Assembly (NCBI GenBank): GCA_044220955.1
Contig: JBGAQA010000028.1
Coordinates: 1 to 64,000, forward strand
DNA from: Sandaracinaceae bacterium
GTDB lineage: Bacteria > Myxococcota_A > Polyangia > Polyangiales > Sandaracinaceae
Length of the DNA stretch: 64,000 nt
Direction: 5' to 3'
A program made the position numbers and the translations under genes. The notes beneath the pieces were generated by a model. That model ran no database searches. It was given only the letters and a program-made list of their open reading frames with translations, and was not told the DNA's origin. The number at the start of each line of letters is the position of its first letter. Position 1 is the stretch's first letter. Positions 9,937 through 17,238 of the stretch are shown piece by piece.

Positions 9937-11022
9937 ATGAACGCGGCGTCCCCGACCGAAGAGCACCCCGCATCGATCCCACCGCCCCCGGACGTGGTGG
10001 CCGACGTCGCGCCGGTGCGCGCGACGCGCGCGCCCTACCCGCCCGAGCGCCGCGGCCCCAAGGAGCTGCTCGCCGCCGCCAAGGAGTTCCAGAAGGAAGA
10101 CCGCGCGCGGAGCTGGTTCCACGTCGCCGAGACGTTCGGCGTGTTCGCAGCACTGATCACCGGCATCGTGCTCGCGCCTGGGTGGTGGGCGCGCCTGCCG
10201 CTCTCGCTGATCGCGGGCCTCGTGATCGTGCGGATGTTCATCCTCTATCACGACTACATGCACCTCGCGATCCTGCGCGGCAGCACGTTCGCGAAGTGGC
10301 TCATGTACGCGTACGGCGTCTACGTGCTCACCCCGCCGACCGTCTGGCGGCAGACGCACAACTACCACCACGCGCACACCGCCAAGATCGTCGGCTCGCA
10401 CGTCGGCAGCTACATGATGGTGACCACGGACATGTGGCGGCAGATGACGCCCATGCAGCGCCGCGTCTACAAGGCCTTCCGCCACCCGCTCACCGTGTTC
10501 TTCGCCTACTTCACGGTCTTCGGCGTCGGCATGTGCATCCAGCCCTTCCTGCGGAACCCGAAGAAGAACTGGGACTCGCTCCTCTCGCTCGTCGTGAACG
10601 TCGCAGCCTCGGTCGCGATCGCTCGCTTCGCGGGCTTCGAGATCTTCTTCTTCGCGTACTTCCTGCCGCTCTTCGTCGCGACGGCCGCGGGTGCGTATCT
10701 GTTCTACGCGCAGCACGACTTCCCCGAGATCAACGTCCAGCCGCGCGAGAGCTGGGAGTACACGAGGGCCGCGCTCGAGAGCTCGAGCTACATGGAGCTC
10801 TCCCCGCTGATGCACTGGTTCACCGGGAACATCGGGTACCACCACGTGCACCACCTGAACCCGGGCATCCCGTTCTATCGCCTGCCGGAGGCGATGAAGG
10901 CGATCCCCGAGCTGCAGAAGCCCCTGGGCCGTACCTCGCTCTCGCTGCGCGACGTCCGCGCCTGCTTCGCGCAGAAGCTGTGGGATCCCGAGCGGGGCAA
11001 GATGGTCGGCTACCCGAGCTGA
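9937..11022 (+). CDS. Membrane fatty acid desaturase
   Basis: Three His boxes (HDYMH, HNYHHAH, HHVHH) and TM segments. Confidence 0.92.
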   Translation: MNAASPTEEHPASIPPPPDVVADVAPVRATRAPYPPERRGPKELLAAAKEFQKEDRARSWFHVAETFGVFAALITGIVLAPGWWARLPLSLIAGLVIVRMFILYHDYMHLAILRGSTFAKWLMYAYGVYVLTPPTVWRQTHNYHHAHTAKIVGSHVGSYMMVTTDMWRQMTPMQRRVYKAFRHPLTVFFAYFTVFGVGMCIQPFLRNPKKNWDSLLSLVVNVAASVAIARFAGFEIFFFAYFLPLFVATAAGAYLFYAQHDFPEINVQPRESWEYTRAALESSSYMELSPLMHWFTGNIGYHHVHHLNPGIPFYRLPEAMKAIPELQKPLGRTSLSLRDVRACFAQKLWDPERGKMVGYPS

Positions 11023-11035
11023 GCCGACGCGGGGG

Positions 11036-11335
11036 TCAACCGGCGTCGGGCGAACCGGCGTCGGCTGCCCCGGCGTCGGCTGCCCCGGCGTCGGCTGAAC
11101 CGGCGTCGGCTGAACCGGCGTCGGTCGTGGGCCCGGCGTCCGCGGCGCCAGCGTCCTCGGTGAGCGACGCGTCGACCGGTTCGACGTACGCGTCCGGGCG
11201 CGCCATCGCGCCGGCGTCTTCGATCAGGCACGGGCAGTAGCTGGGGTGTGGCGCCGAGCAGACGACGGGCGCCGGGCAGGCGTTGCTGCACCCGACGGCG
11301 ACGAGAACCAACGTGATCCCAAGGAGCGCTCGCAT
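11036..11335 (-). CDS. Small Cys-containing lipoprotein with (S/A)ADAG repeat tail
   Basis: MRALLGITLVLVAVGC lipobox; TATCGT 7 nt before the ATG. Confidence 0.7.
   Translation of the reverse strand: MRALLGITLVLVAVGCSNACPAPVVCSAPHPSYCPCLIEDAGAMARPDAYVEPVDASLTEDAGAADAGPTTDAGSADAGSADAGAADAGAADAGSPDAG
11038..11127. repeat. Six imperfect 15-bp tandem repeats (aaccggcgtcggctg) encoding xADAG
   Basis: Read directly from the sequence. Confidence 0.9.
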
Positions 11336-11363
11336 CGCGCGCACGATACCAGGAGCGCGACGG

Positions 11364-11394
11364 AAACGAAAAACCCTCTCCGGGGGGAGAGGGT
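11364..11394 (-). terminator. Rho-independent terminator
   Basis: Minus strand ACCCTCTCC-CCCC-GGAGAGGGT followed by TTTTCGTTT, about 45 nt after the stop at 11439. Confidence 0.8.
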
Positions 11395-11438
11395 CGCCCG
11401 TCGGCGCGCGCAGAGCACGCCCGTCCCTGCGGTCGCGA

Positions 11439-12200
11439 TCAGAGCCCGTCGAGGCCCGCCAACGGATCGTCGCTGTCGTCGTGGCGCGGGCCGGGAGCGG
11501 CACCGCCAGAGGCGGGACGTGCGCGGCGCGGGGCCGAGCGGTGCGCCTCGGCGCGGAGCTGCTCGGCGCCGGCCGTGTCGCCGGCCTGCTCCATCGCCTG
11601 AGCGCGGGCCTCGGCCTCCGCCAGCTGACGCTGCGCCTCGGCCGCCGCCGCGCGATCGGCCTCGGCCTGCGCGGCGATCCGGGAGGCCTCGGCAGCCTGC
11701 CGATCGAGCTCCTGCTGATGGGCGATGCGCTCGCGCTCCGCCGCCTCCCGCTGGGGCACGACCACGCCGAAGTAGATCCCGGCGATGCCCGCGATCAGGA
11801 CGACGGCGATCGCGGCGAACACGCCCGGATGCACACCCTTGCGGCGCGTGGCCTCGATCCGCTTGACCTCTTGCTCGTGCGCGAGCAGGCGGTCCTGCTC
11901 CGCCTGGCGGGCCTTCTGCTCGGCGTCGAGCCGGATCTTGAGCTCGCGCTCCTCCTTCTCGCGGACCTTGCGCTCCTCTTCCATCCGGGCCTGCCGCTCG
12001 GCCTGGGCCTTGGCCTCGGCCTCGGCACGGATCCGGGCATCCTCGGCGTCGCGTGCGGCCTTCTCCGCCGCTTCCTTGGCGAGGCGCGCGTCCTGCTCGG
12101 CCTTCTTCTTCTTTTCCTCTTCCCCCTGGATGCGATCTTCCTCGAGATTCATCAGCTCTCGGAGGTTGAAGAGGACCGACGATTCCTTCTGCTCAGCCAT
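11439..12200 (-). CDS. Single-pass membrane coiled-coil (TolA-like composition) protein
   Basis: MAEQKESSVLFNLRELM, long E/A/R/K coiled coil, one TM helix, second coil, DDPLAGLDGL end. Confidence 0.85.
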   Translation of the reverse strand: MAEQKESSVLFNLRELMNLEEDRIQGEEEKKKKAEQDARLAKEAAEKAARDAEDARIRAEAEAKAQAERQARMEEERKVREKEERELKIRLDAEQKARQAEQDRLLAHEQEVKRIEATRRKGVHPGVFAAIAVVLIAGIAGIYFGVVVPQREAAERERIAHQQELDRQAAEASRIAAQAEADRAAAAEAQRQLAEAEARAQAMEQAGDTAGAEQLRAEAHRSAPRRARPASGGAAPGPRHDDSDDPLAGLDGL

Positions 12201-12255
12201 CTTGGTGTGCGCTCCGGTGGGATCCGAGGCTGGGAAACGGGCCTCGGAGTGGGTC

Positions 12256-12285
12256 AATCTATCAAGCTGCATTTCGCCGTGTCAA
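12256..12285 (-). promoter_or_regulatory. Sigma70-type promoter
   Basis: TTGACA-N18-TAGATT with TGn extension, upstream of ATG 12200. Confidence 0.6.
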
Positions 12286-12406
12286 CGCGTGGCGGCGGCG
12301 CCGCGGCGAACGGCAACGGCACTCCGACACGACCGTCGGAGTCGACCTTGGGCCGAACGCGCGTTCTGCGGTTCCGCGTCCGCGGTTCCGCGCTACTCTA
12401 GGACCC

Positions 12407-12928
12407 GTGGACCTGCTGCGCGCACTGAGCCGCTCCGCCCTCGCACTCACGATCGCGGGCACCTCCGCCTCGGGCTGTGGGTACCCGACGAACGTCGCGA
12501 GCGGCGGCGCCTGCCAGCGCACCCTGCAGTGCGCGCCGGGGCTCGTCTGCGCCCCGGACATGCGAGTGGTCCCCGGTGGGCCCGCGGTCGCGTACCACTG
12601 TACGAGCGACCTCGCGAACTTCGGGAACGGCCACTCGACGGTGCTGGACGCCGGGCCGAACGACGCGAACCCGATCGACGCGGCCTACGTGGACGCCTTC
12701 GCCGACGACGCGAACCTGCCCGACACGGGCGTACCGAACGACGCCTTCGTGCCCCCGAACGACGCGTTCACACCGCCCAACGACGCCTTCATGCCCCCGA
12801 ACGACGCGTTCACACCACCCAACGACGCGTTCGTCCCGCCCAACGACGCCTTCGTGCCGAACGATGCGTTCACCCCGCCCGACGACGCCTTCGTGCCCCC
12901 CGACGACATGGGCACGGACGCGGGATAG
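12407..12928 (+). CDS. Putative lipoprotein with Cys-rich head and PPNDAFx repeat tail
   Basis: Signal ending ASGC; TACTCT 7 nt before the GTG. Confidence 0.75.
   Translation: MDLLRALSRSALALTIAGTSASGCGYPTNVASGGACQRTLQCAPGLVCAPDMRVVPGGPAVAYHCTSDLANFGNGHSTVLDAGPNDANPIDAAYVDAFADDANLPDTGVPNDAFVPPNDAFTPPNDAFMPPNDAFTPPNDAFVPPNDAFVPNDAFTPPDDAFVPPDDMGTDAG
12731..12907. repeat. About 8 tandem 21-bp coding repeats (PP[ND]DAF[VTM])
   Basis: Core aacgacgc(c/g)ttc recurs at 21-bp spacing, with one 18-bp unit. Confidence 0.9.
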
Positions 12929-12952
12929 CGCGGGCCTGACCCACGCCCCAGG

Positions 12953-13990
12953 TCACTCCCGCCAGAAGAACTTCCAGGGGTTGTGCTTGAGATCCCGGAT
13001 CATCTCCTGGAGATCGTCGTAGATCTCCTCGTCCATGAGGAGCGCGCCGATCGTGCCCTCCCCCTCGCGCACGTGACGCACCACCGTCTCGGCGTCGGTC
13101 ACGATCGTCCGCACATCGCCCGTCGCCGCCTCGACCTCACCCGTGATCCGCCGCGCCGAGTGGATCGTCTCCTGGATGTCGGTCCGCTCCTCGGGACCGA
13201 TCGCCGCCAGCGTGTCGCGGGCGCTCGTCGCCACGTCGCGGGCGTCCGTGAGCAAGGGCCCCGCCTCGCGATCGAGGGTCCCGACGAGGTGCTCGACCCG
13301 CGCGAGGATCCGGCGAGGCTGCGGGCCCTCCACGTACGTCTCGCGGGCCCCGCGCAGCAGCGCGACGCCCTCGTCGGCCGCGGTGCGCGCCTGATCGACG
13401 ATGTGGTCGATGTCCTCGCGGTTCCCCTCGAGCAGCTCCCGGACCACGTGCACGAGCGTCACGACGTCGTCCATCAGGTCGCCCAGCTCCTGCCGGTGCG
13501 CGCGCACGCCCTCGACGAGCTCCTCGAGCAGCTCGTACCCGAGCGCCAGCGCGAGATCGAGGCGCGGTGGATCGACGCCTTGCATGATCGAGCCCTCGGC
13601 GAGGACCGGGTGATCGCCGGTCCCCGGGTCGATCGCCACGAACTGCTCGCCGAGCACGCCCTGCGAGGTCACGTAGAAGAGCGCGTCGTCGTGGACCGTG
13701 TCCTCCACCTCGCGATCGATGCTGAGGCGCAGCCGGACGAGCGGCCGGCGCCCCGTCTGGGGATCGAGGCGGCCGCCCATGTACGTCACGTCCTCGACGC
13801 GGCCGACCTTCACGCCGCCGATGCGCACCGGCGCGCCCGCTTGCACGGAGCCGGGGTTGTTGAAGTCGACGAAGATCGGGTAGCCCTCCCCGATCCGGAC
13901 GCCGCCGAGCACGAAGACGAACGCGCCGAGCATCACCAGCGCGACGAGCACGAGCATGCCGACGCGCGCCTCGAGCGAGATCCGGCTCAT
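12953..13990 (-). CDS. MlaD/MCE family lipid transport protein with helical extension
   Basis: N-terminal TM, GAPVRIGGVKVGRV, GVLGEQFVAIDPG, GTIGALL..LKHNPW. Confidence 0.92.
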   Translation of the reverse strand: MSRISLEARVGMLVLVALVMLGAFVFVLGGVRIGEGYPIFVDFNNPGSVQAGAPVRIGGVKVGRVEDVTYMGGRLDPQTGRRPLVRLRLSIDREVEDTVHDDALFYVTSQGVLGEQFVAIDPGTGDHPVLAEGSIMQGVDPPRLDLALALGYELLEELVEGVRAHRQELGDLMDDVVTLVHVVRELLEGNREDIDHIVDQARTAADEGVALLRGARETYVEGPQPRRILARVEHLVGTLDREAGPLLTDARDVATSARDTLAAIGPEERTDIQETIHSARRITGEVEAATGDVRTIVTDAETVVRHVREGEGTIGALLMDEEIYDDLQEMIRDLKHNPWKFFWRE

Positions 13991-14012
13991 GAGCGTGCCT
14001 CTGGGCGAGTCG

Positions 14013-14759
14013 TCATGTCTCGATCGGCCCCTGCGCCCGCCCCTCGATGAACTGCCGCACGATCGGATCCTCGGTCACGCGTATCTCCGCGGGTGTCCCG
14101 ACGAATTGAACGCGACCTTTGTACAGCATCGCGATCCGGTCGGCGATCCCGAAGATCGAGGGCAGATCGTGAGACACGACGATCGCGGTCACGTGGACCG
14201 TGTCGCAGAGCTCGCGGATCATCTGGTCCACGCGGCGGGCCGACACCGGGTCGAGCGACGTGGTCGGCTCGTCGAAGAGGACGTAGCGAGGCTCGAGGGT
14301 CAGCGCGCGGGCGATCGCGACGCGCTTGCGCATCCCGTCGCCGAGCTCGGCAGGAAAGCTCCGCGCGAACGGGCGCATGTGGACCTGGTCGAGACGCCGG
14401 GCCGCCTCCTCGAGCGCGGCGCTCATGGAGAGGCCGCGGTGGATACGCAGCGGAAGCGCCACGTTCTCGGCACAAGTCATCGAGTCGAAGAGCGTCGAGC
14501 TCTGGAAGACCATCGCGCACTTCTTCCGGATCGGCGCGAGCTGGGCCTCGTCGAGCCGGGAGACCTCCTCGCCATCGAGCCAGATCTTGCCCGCGTCCGG
14601 GCGCAGCAGGCCGACGAGGTGCTTGATGAGCACGCTCTTGCCGACGCCCGAGCCGCCGATGACGAAGAAGCACTCGCCGTCCGCGACCTCGATCGACACG
14701 TCCGAGAGGACGACCTTCGGGCCGAACGACTTGCTGACGTTCTCGAAGTGGATCGGCAA
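14013..14759 (-). CDS. MlaF/Mkl-type ABC ATPase
   Basis: GGSGVGKS, FQSSTLFDSM, LGDGMRKRV, FDEPT, VSHD. Confidence 0.92.
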   Translation of the reverse strand: MPIHFENVSKSFGPKVVLSDVSIEVADGECFFVIGGSGVGKSVLIKHLVGLLRPDAGKIWLDGEEVSRLDEAQLAPIRKKCAMVFQSSTLFDSMTCAENVALPLRIHRGLSMSAALEEAARRLDQVHMRPFARSFPAELGDGMRKRVAIARALTLEPRYVLFDEPTTSLDPVSARRVDQMIRELCDTVHVTAIVVSHDLPSIFGIADRIAMLYKGRVQFVGTPAEIRVTEDPIVRQFIEGRAQGPIET

Positions 14760-14769
14760 GCGGGGATCG

Positions 14770-16257
14770 CTAGGGGCGCATCGCCTGCCAGTCGCCGGTG
14801 AAGTCGCTGCCGACGAGCGTGCCGTCCCAGTGGCCCATGACGAGCGAGTTCGGACCCCCGATCTGGGCAGTGCCGCGCAGCGTGATCGGGTCGACCCCGA
14901 GCCGTGCGTTGAGGACCGCGTTGACGGCCGTCGTGACGAGGCCGCTGAGCGCAGAGGTGCAGACGCTGTGTACCGTGCCCGCGACGCCGGGGTAGTCCGG
15001 CGCCGCCGCCTCGGCCGCGTCGGCGAGGCCCGAGCAGAACGAGGACGCGATGGTGTTCAGCACCGCGTCGAGGCTGTCGTACGCACCGTCGCTCGCGACC
15101 TCGATCACGGCGTCGACGAGCCACGCGATGATGGCGCCGATGCTCACGTGCACGCTGTGGCGATCGACGGTGAAGACGCCGCAGGTCACCGATGCGTTGA
15201 ACTCGCTCGGCATGAACATCCAGTCGAACACCGTCGTCGGATCGCCCGTCACGGTGGTGCCGGCGTAGACGAACGAGACCCGGTCCCACGTGTGCGTGCC
15301 GCGGTAGCTGTCGGCCACGGTGCCGCGCGTGAGGGTCATGTGCTCGTCGATCTCCCACGTGTTCAGCACCTCGTTGAGGTGCGCGATCGCGCGGAACAGC
15401 GGCGGTGCCCAGCGCGGCAGCGCGTCGCCGACGTACGGTGCGATCGCGGCGCAGATGGCGTCCTCGACCCAGCTCGGCAGGCCGAAGTCGATGCACGCCG
15501 TGTCGCCCGCGAGGAAGAGCAGCGGCCCCTCGATCGCGTTCAGCAGGCTCGAGAGCCAGTCCGGGAGCGACTCACGCAGGCGCAGCGTCGAGTGCATCGT
15601 CGGCCAGTCGCCCGCGAAGTCGGGCGAGGCGATGTCGCAGACCGTGCCCGGGCGGCAGGTGCCCGCCTCGCAGACGTCGCCGCTCGGGCACTCGATGTCG
15701 GCCAGGCAGCCCGCGCCGGGCGTGCACGCGCCGTCGGTGCACATGAACCCGGTCGGGCAGTCGGACGTGTGCACGCAGTGGCAGCTGCCGCCGGTGCAGA
15801 CGAGCCCGGGCGCGCAGGCGCTCGCGTCGGCGCAGGGGACCGGAATACGCGGGTCGCGCGTGCACCAGCCGCCGAGGCAGAACTCGCCGGCCATGCACAT
15901 CGTGTCGAACTCGCAGAGCCCGCCGCTCGGGGTGGGCTGGATGCAGGCGCCCATGCGGCACTGTCCGGGCGCCGGGCACGTGCCGCAGTGCGTTCCGTCG
16001 CCCGGAGGGGGCGGGTTCGGGTCGGGCACGCAGCGCGGCACGCCCGAGACCGCCGCGCAGACCTCTCCCGTCCCGCAGTTGTGGATTCCGTCGTTGCACT
16101 CCGCCATCAGCGGGCCGGCGTCGAGCAAGAGGCTGCCGGTGTCGGGGTAGCCGCCCTCGTGGCGGCGGCCCGCGTCCCGGACGCTACCGCTCCCGGCGGA
16201 GCAGCCGACACCGACGAAGAGCAGAGCGACCGGGAGCCAAGCGACGACGATGCGCAT
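14770..16257 (-). CDS. Cys-rich lipoprotein with uncharacterised C-terminal domain
   Basis: GVGC lipobox, several CxxxxxC repeats, ~275-aa globular C-terminus; GGAGG SD. Confidence 0.8.
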   Translation of the reverse strand: MRIVVAWLPVALLFVGVGCSAGSGSVRDAGRRHEGGYPDTGSLLLDAGPLMAECNDGIHNCGTGEVCAAVSGVPRCVPDPNPPPPGDGTHCGTCPAPGQCRMGACIQPTPSGGLCEFDTMCMAGEFCLGGWCTRDPRIPVPCADASACAPGLVCTGGSCHCVHTSDCPTGFMCTDGACTPGAGCLADIECPSGDVCEAGTCRPGTVCDIASPDFAGDWPTMHSTLRLRESLPDWLSSLLNAIEGPLLFLAGDTACIDFGLPSWVEDAICAAIAPYVGDALPRWAPPLFRAIAHLNEVLNTWEIDEHMTLTRGTVADSYRGTHTWDRVSFVYAGTTVTGDPTTVFDWMFMPSEFNASVTCGVFTVDRHSVHVSIGAIIAWLVDAVIEVASDGAYDSLDAVLNTIASSFCSGLADAAEAAAPDYPGVAGTVHSVCTSALSGLVTTAVNAVLNARLGVDPITLRGTAQIGGPNSLVMGHWDGTLVGSDFTGDWQAMRP

Positions 16258-16312
16258 CCGCGCCTCCGCGAAACGAGCCCCGATTGTATCAGAGTCGCGC
16301 TACATGAGGTGG

Positions 16313-17236
16313 ATGCGGGGCGCGTGGGCAGCAGAGATCACCGGGCGGGCGCGCGCCCACTGGACGCCCGAGCGGATCGCGCGGCTGTCCCGGGGCAAGA
16401 CGCTCCTCTTGCCGCCCGTCGCGGCCGCCCCGCTCCTGCGCGCGATGAGCCTGCTCTCGGCCGACGGCTCGATGCCGCCCGATCGGGTCCGGAAGTACCT
16501 GCAGGTCAACCACATGGTCGCGGTGCTCGGACCTTCCCTCAGAGAGCTGCGGGCGGCCCGCGAGGGCGAGCCGGTGCGGCTGATCGACGCGGCGTGCGGG
16601 CGCAGCTACCTGGCGCTCTTGCTCGCCTGGTGCTTCCGCGATCTCTGGGGGCATCCCGTCGAGGTCCTCGGGATCGATCGCAACGAGGCCCTGGTCGCGC
16701 GCTGCCGGCAGGACGCCGAGCTCGCGGGGCTCGGGGACGTGGTGCGCCACGAGGCGGGCTCGCTCGCGGCCCTCGACGTCCGAGGCGCCTGGGAGCGCGC
16801 GTTCGGCGCCGCTCCCGAGATCGACGGCGTGGTCGCGCTGCACGCGTGCGACACGGCGACCGACGACGCGATCACGCTCGCCCTCTCGCTCGAGGCGCGC
16901 CTGTGCGCCGTCGCGCCGTGCTGCCACGCCGAGCTCGCACGAGCCTGGTCGGAGCTGCCGCCGGGCACGGGACCGTTCGCCGCCATCCACCGCACGCCGC
17001 ACCTGCGCCGGGAGGCCGCCGCCACCGTCACCGACACCATGCGCGCGCTCGTGCTGCGCGCGTCGGGCTACGAGGTGTGGCCGCTGGAGTTCGTCCCGAG
17101 CGAGCACACGCCGAAGAACACCCTCATCCGCGCGATGCGGCGGGGCGCCCCCGACGCCGCGGCGGCGGGCGAGCTCGCGGCCCTCGTCGCCGCGACAGGC
17201 GGTCGCGAGATCGCGCTCGCCCGACTCCGTCGCTGA
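16313..17236 (+). CDS. SAM-dependent methyltransferase (Methyltransf_32-like)
   Basis: LIDAACGRSYL, ALHACDTATDDA, APCCH, EHTPKN. Start could be 16304. Confidence 0.88.
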   Translation: MRGAWAAEITGRARAHWTPERIARLSRGKTLLLPPVAAAPLLRAMSLLSADGSMPPDRVRKYLQVNHMVAVLGPSLRELRAAREGEPVRLIDAACGRSYLALLLAWCFRDLWGHPVEVLGIDRNEALVARCRQDAELAGLGDVVRHEAGSLAALDVRGAWERAFGAAPEIDGVVALHACDTATDDAITLALSLEARLCAVAPCCHAELARAWSELPPGTGPFAAIHRTPHLRREAAATVTDTMRALVLRASGYEVWPLEFVPSEHTPKNTLIRAMRRGAPDAAAAGELAALVAATGGREIALARLRR

Positions 17237-17238
17237 AC

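Noticed and set aside
12731..12907. Regular 21-bp repeats as a possible CRISPR array
   Set aside because: No unique spacers, in-frame peptide repeat, and no cas genes in the window.
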